Below the pieces are notes generated by a model. It saw only the letters and a list, made by a program, of their open reading frames with translations. It was not told where the DNA came from and ran no database searches. A program made the translations under genes and the position numbers. Shown piece by piece: positions 28,597 to 36,627 of a stretch of 61,445 bases of DNA. Origin of the DNA: an uncultured Candidatus Saccharibacteria bacterium (GTDB lineage: Bacteria > Patescibacteriota > Minisyncoccia > Phycocordibacterales > SW-6-46-9); assembly GCA_964452185.1 (NCBI GenBank), contig CAYVKO010000002.1, forward strand, positions 1-61,445. Reading direction: 5' to 3'. Each line of letters starts with the position of its first letter. The first letter of the stretch is position 1.

Positions 28597-29175
28597 ATGA
28601 CAGATCTAGAGGATATATTTAAATTTACTGAGATGATGCACCAGTTTCAGCAAGTGCATCGTCAGGTGTTAGTAAATGATGAAGAGCGGCATGAAAATGA
28701 TTGGGAACACAGTTACCAAACAGCCATGACTGCTTGGTACGTGGTTTCGACCAGAGATGACTTAAATCTGGACACTCATAAAGTACTGAAGTATGCTCTG
28801 GCACATGATCTGGTTGAGGTGTATGCCGGAGATGTTCCTTTTCATAAATCAGGCGAAAAGAAAGAAGAGCGAGAACACGCAGCTATGGAGCAGTTGAAGA
28901 AGGAGTTTTCTGAATTTGGTGACTTGCATGAATCTATAAAGGCGTATGAAAACCAAACAGATCCGGAATCACAATTTGTATACGCACTCGATAAGATAAT
29001 ACCGCTACTTAATATTTACTTGGACGGTGGTCGATCCTGGCGTAAATCTAATATAGATTTAAGTACATTGCGTAAGCACAAGAAAGACAAGTTTGAAAAC
29101 TCACCGGAAGTGGAAAAATACTATGAGAGACTCATGACAATATTTGAAGAGGAAAGCGGAGAACTGTTTCGTTAG
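28597..29175 (+). CDS. HD-domain phosphohydrolase (YfbR-like 5'-deoxynucleotidase family)
   Basis: Metal ligands H..(NDWEHS)...AHDLVEVYAGD (HD motif)...D. Confidence 0.7.
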   Translation: MTDLEDIFKFTEMMHQFQQVHRQVLVNDEERHENDWEHSYQTAMTAWYVVSTRDDLNLDTHKVLKYALAHDLVEVYAGDVPFHKSGEKKEEREHAAMEQLKKEFSEFGDLHESIKAYENQTDPESQFVYALDKIIPLLNIYLDGGRSWRKSNIDLSTLRKHKKDKFENSPEVEKYYERLMTIFEEESGELFR

Positions 29176-29268
29176 CTTATAATGACACTGCTACCATGCG
29201 TGTAGTGAATTTTCGATGTATTAACCAGAAGTCTGGATTGAAATATAAAATTAATTTTATTATCAGTT

Positions 29269-29952
29269 ATGGCTGAAATTATTCCGGCAATAATTCCAGA
29301 AGACTTTCGATTAATGCGCAACGAAATGGCGCAGGTAAAGGATTTTGTCGATCTTGTTCAGATAGATGTTATTGATGGACGATTCGCTCCAGAACCGACG
29401 TGGCCATATGCTAACGGACCACAAACCGCTTTATTTGAAGATATTGTCGATCAGGAGCGAGGATTTCCATTTTGGAAGGATCTTCAGTTTGAGGTTGATT
29501 TGATGGTAGAGAAGCCCGAAGAAGTGCTTGATGATTGGATATCTACCGGAGCCAGTGCTGTTATTATCCATGCTGACAGCACGAAAAAGCACAAGGATAT
29601 TTTTGAGAAGTTAAAGAGAGCCGGTGTAGCTGCCGGGTTGGCATTAAAACCATCTAACTCGAATGAGCTCGTTAAAGATCTTGTTGATGAGATAGATTTT
29701 CTTCAGATTATGGGTAATGACAAAATCGGGTATCACGGAGTCGAGCTGGATCCTTTGGTGTATGACAAAATTGCCGACTTACGTGATAGCTTTCCGGACT
29801 TGCCCATTAGCATTGATATTGGAGTCGATTTCGATACTGCGTCACAACTTGCAGAAGCCGGCGCTACTCGTTTGGTAAGTGGTTCAGCGATTTTTGAAAG
29901 TGAAGATATTGAGCAGGCGATTACGGACATGGGAAGTAAAACAGATTTGTAA
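29269..29952 (+). CDS. rpe: ribulose-phosphate 3-epimerase (divergent)
   Basis: TIM-barrel pattern IIPAIIPEDF...VQIDVIDGRFAP...DLMV...IIHAD...LQIMG...GSAIF. It sits among pentose-phosphate genes. Confidence 0.7.
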   Translation: MAEIIPAIIPEDFRLMRNEMAQVKDFVDLVQIDVIDGRFAPEPTWPYANGPQTALFEDIVDQERGFPFWKDLQFEVDLMVEKPEEVLDDWISTGASAVIIHADSTKKHKDIFEKLKRAGVAAGLALKPSNSNELVKDLVDEIDFLQIMGNDKIGYHGVELDPLVYDKIADLRDSFPDLPISIDIGVDFDTASQLAEAGATRLVSGSAIFESEDIEQAITDMGSKTDL

Positions 29953-30037
29953 ACCGGATTTGATATACTAAAGGTAGCGGGAAATATTTAATACCGTTTA
30001 GTAATCGGCTTTTGTTTACACCGATCTTTGCATTGTT

Positions 30038-30904
30038 ATGAATATCCACGACCAGAAAGTAAAAGAGCTTGAGGAAAAGGCTATGGAAATCCGCCAGACG
30101 ATTGTCCATATGCTTGCGGAAGCCGGCTCTGGACATCTGGCCGGCCCGCTCGGCATGACGGATATTTTCACAGCGTTTTATTTTCATATTCTTAATCATG
30201 ATCCCGAAGATCCGCTAAAGGATGATCGTGATCGACTTATTCTTTCTAACGGTCACATAGTGCCGGTTCGGTATGTGACGATGGCATATGCTGGCTACTT
30301 TCCAGTAGAGGAGGTTAAAACGAGTTTAAGAAAGTTTGGTAGTCCGTACCAGGGTCATCCGGAGCGTGCGCGAATTCCGGCGCTGGAAACGACGTCAGGA
30401 CCACTCGGATCCGGTTTAGGACAGGCGGCCGGAATTGCCTACGCTGCAGATATGGATGATCGCGGCTTCCGTACCTACTGTTTGATGAGTGACGGTGAGC
30501 AGGATGCCGGCAATGTCTGGGAATCAGCCATGTTTGCCGGAGCGAATGAGTTGGGTAATCTTACGGCTGTAATTGACCGCAACAACATTCAGATCAATGG
30601 CCATACCGAGAATGTCATGCCACTAGAGGAGCTTGTTGATAAGTACAAAGCTTTCGGGTGGCACGTTATTGAGGTAGATGGGCACAACATCCGACAGTTT
30701 GTTGATGCGATCGAGGAATCAAAGGCGATATATGAAGACCCTACTCTTATCTTGGCTCATACAATTCCGGGTAAGGGGATTGACGAGGTTGAGTTTGATC
30801 CCGGTTGGCACGGAAAGCCGCCAGAGAAAGGTCAGCAGGAGCAGGAGTTTATAGAAAAACTCCGTACGCTTGAAGGCAAGATTAAGGCCAGTCATCTAGA
30901 CTGA
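30038..30904 (+). CDS. tkt: transketolase, N-terminal (TPP-binding) subunit
   Basis: GSGHLAGPLGMTD, the GDG-like SDGEQDAGNVWE, and IDRNNIQINGHT. This is the split-gene arrangement. Confidence 0.9.
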   Translation: MNIHDQKVKELEEKAMEIRQTIVHMLAEAGSGHLAGPLGMTDIFTAFYFHILNHDPEDPLKDDRDRLILSNGHIVPVRYVTMAYAGYFPVEEVKTSLRKFGSPYQGHPERARIPALETTSGPLGSGLGQAAGIAYAADMDDRGFRTYCLMSDGEQDAGNVWESAMFAGANELGNLTAVIDRNNIQINGHTENVMPLEELVDKYKAFGWHVIEVDGHNIRQFVDAIEESKAIYEDPTLILAHTIPGKGIDEVEFDPGWHGKPPEKGQQEQEFIEKLRTLEGKIKASHLD

Positions 30905-30923
30905 TAACGTTTTTAAAGAAATA

Positions 30924-31913
30924 ATGATTAAAGAAAACCAAAACTTACACGAAGAAATTTTTGCTGAAGATCCTCCGGTTGCGTACACGCGCAATGGTTA
31001 TGGTCGAGGTTTGGTTGAAGTCGGAAAGAAAAATGAGGATGTAGTAGCAGTATGTGCGGATTTGGCCGGATCAACTCGTACGCATTTTTTCAAGCAGGAA
31101 TTTCCTGACCGATACATCGAAGTGGGTGTGGCCGAACAGAATCTAGCAACGGTTGGCTCTGGTCTGGCTAACTACGGAAAGATTCCATTTATTTCCAGTT
31201 ATGCTGCTTTTAATCCCGGGCGTAACAATGAGCAAATTCGCACGACTATTTCGCTGAATGATGTTCCGGTAAAAATCCTTGGGGCGCATGCTGGCGTGTC
31301 GGTTGGGCCGGACGGAGCAACACACCAACAGCTTGAAGATATGGCTTTGATGCGAGTGCAGCCAAACATGAAAGTGATGGCTCCGTGTGATAAAGAAGAG
31401 GCGAAAAAAGTAGTGCATGCAGCAGTAGAAGAGGACGGTCCGGTCTACTTTCGGGTGGCTCGTGAGAAAACCCCTGTCATTACTACTGAAGACAGTCCGT
31501 TTGAGTTTGGAAAAGCTAATATGCTCTGGGAGGCTGATGATCCGGAAGTAGCCATCATAGCCTGTGGGCCACTTGTGCATAATGCTTTGGTGGCAGCTAA
31601 GCAACTCGCTGATGAGGAAATAGATACGCTCGTGCTTAACAACCACACGATAAAGCCGATGGACGAAGCTGCGGTGATTAACGCAGCTAAGCGCACTGGA
31701 GCGGTAGTAACTGTTGAGGAGCACCAGGTATCGGGTGGTATGGGATCTGCGGTAGCTGAAGTGCTCATCCAAAATGTGCCGACACCGCAAGAGTTTATTG
31801 GTGTACATGATGAGTTCGGAGAGTCCGGACCGCCGATGAAAGTGGTGGAGGAGTACGGCATGGGTGTCGGATCCATTGTTGATGCAGTAAAAAAAGCCAA
31901 GAGCAGGAAATAA
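30924..31913 (+). CDS. tkt: transketolase, C-terminal (pyrimidine-binding) subunit
   Basis: EVGVAEQNL, GPDGATHQQLEDMALMR, and a C-terminal domain with VTVEEH. Confidence 0.9.
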   Translation: MIKENQNLHEEIFAEDPPVAYTRNGYGRGLVEVGKKNEDVVAVCADLAGSTRTHFFKQEFPDRYIEVGVAEQNLATVGSGLANYGKIPFISSYAAFNPGRNNEQIRTTISLNDVPVKILGAHAGVSVGPDGATHQQLEDMALMRVQPNMKVMAPCDKEEAKKVVHAAVEEDGPVYFRVAREKTPVITTEDSPFEFGKANMLWEADDPEVAIIACGPLVHNALVAAKQLADEEIDTLVLNNHTIKPMDEAAVINAAKRTGAVVTVEEHQVSGGMGSAVAEVLIQNVPTPQEFIGVHDEFGESGPPMKVVEEYGMGVGSIVDAVKKAKSRK

Positions 31914-31923
31914 CTACATATGT

Positions 31924-32043
31924 ATGAATAAAAGACCGCAGCCGGACGAAAAATACAGGCACTATAAGTCAACCGGTAGAGATGATCATACATATGAAAT
32001 CGAACGAGAAAATTACTCTGGTTCGCGTTTTAGAAAAATATAA
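31924..32043 (+). CDS. possible 39-aa small basic protein (below ORF-track cutoff)
   Basis: ATG at 31924 to TAA at 32041-32043 translates to MNKRPQPDEKYRHYKSTGRDDHTYEIERENYSGSRFRKI. A strong terminator follows 16 nt later. No homology recognised. Confidence 0.25.
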   Translation: MNKRPQPDEKYRHYKSTGRDDHTYEIERENYSGSRFRKI

Positions 32044-32058
32044 TAAATGTAACAAGAC

Positions 32059-32085
32059 ACCGACCTTAAGAGGTCGGTTTTTTTA
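32059..32085 (+). terminator. rho-independent terminator
   Basis: A perfect 8-bp stem ACCGACCT/AGGTCGGT with the 4-nt loop TAAG runs into a T tract of 7. Confidence 0.8.
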
Positions 32086-32091
32086 GCACGT

Positions 32092-32097
32092 TATAAT
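32092..32097 (+). promoter_or_regulatory. candidate -10 box (TATAAT) giving a near-leaderless antiporter mRNA
   Basis: An exact TATAAT ends 8 nt before the ATG at 32106. No clear -35. Confidence 0.3.
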
Positions 32098-32105
32098 ATG
32101 AATAC

Positions 32106-33299
32106 ATGACACAACTCCTATCGTTCTTTTTAATACTATTTACGAGTGTTTTCTTCTCAGAGCTATTTAATAGACTGCATCTGCCATGGGTTATTGCGCT
32201 TATTATTGCCGGAATGGTTATTGGTCCGCATGGACTCGGTGTCTTTACACCTGGTGAGACAATCGAGTTTTTCTCCCAGATAGGCCTTGTCTTTCTTATG
32301 TTCATGGCCGGGCTTGAAACGCGGTTATCTAGCTTCGAAGAATCAAAAGTTAAGATATCTTTAATTGCATTCTTTAATGGAGCCGTACCCTTTTTGGTCG
32401 GCTTTGGTATCGGGCAGTTTTTTACATATGGTTTCCAAGTTTCGCTACTCTTGGGAATAATCTTCGTGTCTTCATCATTGGCTGTAGTGATTCCATCCTT
32501 GGAGAAAACAAAAATCCTCTACTCTCCATTCGGGCAAGTTGTGGTAGCTACAACAATCCTTCAAGATGTGGCTTCGCTAGTGCTACTTTCAGTTTTCTTT
32601 CAGTCAGTTGATCCAGTTACGGCTATACCTTTACCGATTTTTTACGTCCTCCTCCTTGTCTTTTTGGTATTCTTGCGAGGTATTATTCCCAAAATACGCA
32701 ACGCTTTTGTTGAAAGATTCGGAAGCCGAGAGGATATTTTTCAACAAGAGCTACGTTCTATATTTGTAATTTTATTTGGCATCGTTGTTGTATTTGAACT
32801 ACTCGGACTCCACGCAATCATTGCTGGATTTTTTGCTGGATTTGTACTGTCTGACACAGTGGATAGCGATATCCTGAAGGGGAAGTTGCGAGCAATTAGC
32901 TACGGCCTCTTTATTCCTGTGTTTTTTGTGGTGGTGGGTGCCAATACAGACTTGAGCGTATTTACAGATATACAAACAGCCGGATTGCTCACTCTTATCG
33001 TGGTTATTGGTTCCGTTGTGGCGAAGTATGTGAGCGGAGTTGTGTCAGGTCAGCTTTTGGGCTTTACAGAGCAGGAAAGTCGGATTCTGGGAGTGTCCAG
33101 TATTCCACAGCTTTCCACTGCTTTGGCGGTAGTGTTCTCTGCTCAGCAGATGGGAATAATACCACCAGAAGTAAGTACAGCCATGGTGGTACTAAGTATC
33201 GTGACGACATTTATAAGTCCCGAGTTGTTACGTATGCTTTATAAGCCTCAGTCAGCCACACCGACCCCGAAAGACACTACATCTACAACTCAGCCTTAA
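32106..33299 (+). CDS. monovalent cation:proton antiporter (CPA2/Kef/NapA-type Na+/H+ exchanger family)
   Basis: 397 aa with about 11-12 TM helices. N-terminal pattern LPWVIALIIAGMVIGPHGLG...FFSQIGLVFLMFMAGLE is typical of the family. Confidence 0.8.
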   Translation: MTQLLSFFLILFTSVFFSELFNRLHLPWVIALIIAGMVIGPHGLGVFTPGETIEFFSQIGLVFLMFMAGLETRLSSFEESKVKISLIAFFNGAVPFLVGFGIGQFFTYGFQVSLLLGIIFVSSSLAVVIPSLEKTKILYSPFGQVVVATTILQDVASLVLLSVFFQSVDPVTAIPLPIFYVLLLVFLVFLRGIIPKIRNAFVERFGSREDIFQQELRSIFVILFGIVVVFELLGLHAIIAGFFAGFVLSDTVDSDILKGKLRAISYGLFIPVFFVVVGANTDLSVFTDIQTAGLLTLIVVIGSVVAKYVSGVVSGQLLGFTEQESRILGVSSIPQLSTALAVVFSAQQMGIIPPEVSTAMVVLSIVTTFISPELLRMLYKPQSATPTPKDTTSTTQP

Positions 33300-33300
33300 C

Positions 33301-34302
33301 CTACATGATTTCTGTTGGTTCGTAATCTTCTGGAGCATCTTCGAGGTGTTTGAGTAGTTCATCGCGTGTCAGAAGACCGGCTTGTGCGCCAATCTCTTGT
33401 ACCACCCCCATTGAGTTAACCGGCCCCCATCGTAGCGCTGTTGGAATATCTTTTCCGAGTGCTATGGCAGTAGTAAATGTGCTAGAGAATGAGTCTCCAG
33501 CCCCGGTGCGGTCAACTGGTGGTTTTGGGTCAGGGTACATTGGTTGATGCCAAGCTGTTTCTCCGTCATATGCATATGCGCCTTCTGTTCCGTCGGTAAT
33601 AACTGCAATTTCCGGCCCGCGGTCATGCATATCCTGAAGAAGTTCTTTTATGTCTTCGCTGTCATTTTCTAAGACCAATTGTGCTTCTTCTTTGTTTGAG
33701 AAGTAAAGAAAGGAATTTTCGTAGATATGCCGAAGTTTTTTATATCCAAGCTTCATCTGAAATGTTCCCGGCTGAAAAACTAATTTAGTGTCATTGTTTT
33801 CAATGAAGGCAGCGATTTCTTTGTGGTATTCCAGAGAGTTCTCACCGAGCGAGGACAAGTACATAAACCGAGGCGCTTCTTCAAAGTCCGGGAGCTCGTA
33901 CTCATACTCATGGTGCTTTACCAGAATGGTACGTTCTGGTCCGTGCCGAAGCACGTAATGGTAGTTAGATTGCTTGTCTTCATGCACGCGAACATGGTCG
34001 AGATTCAACCCTTCACTCTCAAGTTGTTGCATATTCTTGTCTCCAACCATGTCATCACCAAAGTTTGTTCGGAGTCCAGAATTTAGACCAAGTCGGTGAG
34101 CTGATACCGCAGCGTTAGGGGAGTTACCAACAGCTGGTACGACCGTGTGTTCGTCATACTCAATTTTATCGCCAAACCGGAAGCATATCTCATCCATCCC
34201 TTTGTCTTTAGGGTCTGGTTCTTTATCAATGCGTACGTCAGAGAGTTTTATGAAATCATCGGTAGTGATATCGCCGACAGCTATAAAGTCGAGTTGAGAC
34301 AT
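33301..34302 (-). CDS. PfkB-family carbohydrate/nucleoside kinase
   Basis: N-terminal FIAVGDITTD and the C-terminal PfkB signature VDRTGAGDSFSSTF. Confidence 0.8.
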   Translation of the reverse strand: MSQLDFIAVGDITTDDFIKLSDVRIDKEPDPKDKGMDEICFRFGDKIEYDEHTVVPAVGNSPNAAVSAHRLGLNSGLRTNFGDDMVGDKNMQQLESEGLNLDHVRVHEDKQSNYHYVLRHGPERTILVKHHEYEYELPDFEEAPRFMYLSSLGENSLEYHKEIAAFIENNDTKLVFQPGTFQMKLGYKKLRHIYENSFLYFSNKEEAQLVLENDSEDIKELLQDMHDRGPEIAVITDGTEGAYAYDGETAWHQPMYPDPKPPVDRTGAGDSFSSTFTTAIALGKDIPTALRWGPVNSMGVVQEIGAQAGLLTRDELLKHLEDAPEDYEPTEIM

Positions 34303-34420
34303 GGTAGGTTACTGTAAGTTATGTGATAGTGGTGGTTCCTTTCAATAATAACACGAAAAAGGTCGGATTAGATTCCTTAAATGGTTGCTTTTTTGCATAA
34401 ATTCGGTAGAATGATTGCTG

Positions 34421-35125
34421 ATGGAAACGCTCGAAGTTACAGCTCGTGAAGCCTCAACTAACGTCGATAAGCTCCGGAAGGACGGAGTCATGCCGGCGGT
34501 GCTGTACGGTAAGGATACTGAGTCTACTTCAGTGTCGTTGCCTATGGCAGATTTTGTAAAACTTTTTCAAAAAGTCGGTACATCAACTGTATTTGAACTT
34601 AAGAATAAAGACGGGGATAGCAAGCCTGCTTTAATCCAGGAGGTTTCGGTTCATCCTGTTACTGATGAACCACTTCATGCTGATTTTTATGTAATCGAGG
34701 AGGGGCAGAAAGTATCTGTGGATCTTCCTATCGAATTTGTTAACACTGCCCCTGCTGTTAAGAACTTGGGAGGTTTTTTGGTAAAAGTACTTCACTCAGT
34801 AGAAGTTGAGGCTGACCCAACAAAATTACCCCCACACATTGAAGCTGATGTTTCTGGACTAGAGGACTTCGATTCACAGCTAACGGTAGCTGACATTGAC
34901 GTACCAGAGGGTGTTGAAATTCAGGCTGAGGATGATGAGGTTGTTGCGCTTGTGAACGAACCTACAGAAGAGGAAGAGCTAGAAGAAGAGGAAGAGGAGG
35001 AGTTAGACTTTGAAGACATTGAAGTTGAAGGTGAACGTCCTGATGAAGAAGAGATGGAGGAAGGAGAAGAGGTAGAAGAAGGCCAAGAAGATCAAGGTGA
35101 CTCTGTAGGCCAATTTGAGGAGTAA
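34421..35125 (+). CDS. rplY: 50S ribosomal protein L25 / general stress protein Ctc form, with long acidic tail
   Basis: The ATG at 34421 is preferred over the TTG at 34415. Motif LRKDGVMPAVLYGK. It has the two-domain Ctc length, and the last 55 aa or so are almost entirely Glu/Asp. Confidence 0.85.
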   Translation: METLEVTAREASTNVDKLRKDGVMPAVLYGKDTESTSVSLPMADFVKLFQKVGTSTVFELKNKDGDSKPALIQEVSVHPVTDEPLHADFYVIEEGQKVSVDLPIEFVNTAPAVKNLGGFLVKVLHSVEVEADPTKLPPHIEADVSGLEDFDSQLTVADIDVPEGVEIQAEDDEVVALVNEPTEEEELEEEEEEELDFEDIEVEGERPDEEEMEEGEEVEEGQEDQGDSVGQFEE

Positions 35126-35163
35126 CATTCTGCTGTTTAGTTCGTCTTTTAAAACTGCAACCC

Positions 35164-36516
35164 ATGAAGATTTTCCGGAAAACAACCGGTGTCGTTTTAG
35201 CTCTGCTGTTGGCTTGGATGCTTACAGGTGGAATATCTGTAGCTCAAGCGCAACAGGAAGAAAGTGTTCAGGATAAGGAAGAACGCCGAGCTGAGCTAAG
35301 AGAGGAGCTTGAGCAAGTTCAGCAGCAGATAGACCAACAAGAAGGTAAGCTTAACGAAAAACGTCAAGAACGTCGCAGTCTAGAACGCGACGTGGAGATT
35401 CTTGAGGGAGAAATCAATAAAGCACAGCTTGAAATACAACAGAAGGATATTCAAATAAACAATCTTTCTGGCGATATTTCCCAGAAGGAACAGCGAGTTG
35501 AGGAGTTAACGAATGAAATAGAGCGAAAAAAGGAGTCTTTGGCTGAACTCATACGGCGACGGGCGGAGTTAGATGATGTATCTCTTGTGGAGGTGGCACT
35601 TTCTAATGAAAGTCTTTCGGAGTTTTTCCAGGATGTTGACTCAGTACAATCTATTAACGACTCCCTGCAGACAAAGTTTGCCGAAATTCGCCAAAACAGA
35701 GAAGAGCTTGAACAACAAAGAGCAGCGTTGGCGCAACAGCGAAATGAAGTTTCTGGTGCGCGCCAGGCAGTAGCAGCACAGAAACGAGAAATTGAACAAA
35801 AGGAAGCAGAAAGAGCAGAGTTAGCTGCTATAGCTCGAAGTGAGGAGCGTTCGTACCAAGATACGTTAGAACAACAAAAAGCTCGAGCACAACAGATCCG
35901 CAATGAATTGTTCGCACTTCGTGACGTAAACGCGATCCCGTTCGGGCGTGCACTGCAGTATGCTCGAGAGGTATCGCAATCCACTGGAGTACGACCGGCA
36001 TTTCTTTTGGCTATTCTCCAGCAAGAATCAAACCTTGGCCAAAACGTAGGAACGTGTAACCGCTCACAAGATCCTCCATCTAAGATGTGGGATCAAATCA
36101 TGAAACCAAGCCGGGACATCCCGCCATACAAGCGTATTACCGATCAGTTGGGTATCGAGCCAGAAACAATGCCGCTTTCATGTCCGTACGGTAATGGATG
36201 GGGTGGAGCTATGGGGCCGGCTCAGTTTATCCCGTCTACTTGGGAGAAATATCAAGGACGAATAGCTAACGCGCTGGGTGTATCTGTACCGAATCCGTGG
36301 GAGCCACGTCACGCATTTATGGCTTCAGGAGTATACCTCTCTGATCTGGGAGCCGGAGCTTCAACGCGCTCTGCTGAACGTCGAGCAGCTTTGCAGTATT
36401 ATGCTGGTGGTAACTGGCAGTCACCGCGCGTTGCTTTCTACGGTGATCAGGTGCTGCAAAAAGCAAGAGACATTCAAAACAATATGATTGATCCTATTGA
36501 TGCAGCAGAGCAGTAG
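35164..36516 (+). CDS. secreted coiled-coil protein with C-terminal MltB/SLT_2-like lytic transglycosylase domain
   Basis: Signal peptide (ISVAQA) and about 220 aa of heptad-rich Q/E/R sequence. The catalytic context is FLLAILQQESNLGQN, followed by GAMGPAQFIPSTW. Confidence 0.7.
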   Translation: MKIFRKTTGVVLALLLAWMLTGGISVAQAQQEESVQDKEERRAELREELEQVQQQIDQQEGKLNEKRQERRSLERDVEILEGEINKAQLEIQQKDIQINNLSGDISQKEQRVEELTNEIERKKESLAELIRRRAELDDVSLVEVALSNESLSEFFQDVDSVQSINDSLQTKFAEIRQNREELEQQRAALAQQRNEVSGARQAVAAQKREIEQKEAERAELAAIARSEERSYQDTLEQQKARAQQIRNELFALRDVNAIPFGRALQYAREVSQSTGVRPAFLLAILQQESNLGQNVGTCNRSQDPPSKMWDQIMKPSRDIPPYKRITDQLGIEPETMPLSCPYGNGWGGAMGPAQFIPSTWEKYQGRIANALGVSVPNPWEPRHAFMASGVYLSDLGAGASTRSAERRAALQYYAGGNWQSPRVAFYGDQVLQKARDIQNNMIDPIDAAEQ

Positions 36517-36554
36517 TTAAGTAATTTTTACTACGTAACATTAGTTTTTACTTC

Positions 36555-36598
36555 ACCCGTTTGACGCTTGCATCTGCCAAGAAACGGGTTTCTTTTTT
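36555..36598 (+). terminator. rho-independent terminator
   Basis: Stem ACCCGTTT/AAACGGGT with inner CTTG/CAAG pairs, followed by TTCTTTTTT. Confidence 0.7.
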
Positions 36599-36627
36599 GG
36601 TTCTAAGCGCGTACAATTAAGCTACAA

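Noticed and set aside
31143-31993. Two long minus-strand ORFs (221 aa and 182 aa) lie antisense to the transketolase C-terminal subunit.
   Set aside because: The plus-strand frame has unmistakable transketolase motifs. The antisense translations are low-complexity (Ser/His/Leu-rich) with no motifs, which is a typical shadow-ORF artefact.
34962-35110. A GAA/GAG-rich tract was considered as a tandem DNA repeat or microsatellite.
   Set aside because: There is no exact repeating unit. It is in frame and encodes the acidic tail of L25.
35451-35984. A 177-aa minus-strand ORF lies inside the coiled-coil region of the MltB-like gene.
   Set aside because: It is a by-product of the GAA/CAG/GAG-rich periodic codon usage of the coiled coil. 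The translation is Ser/Cys/Arg-rich nonsense.
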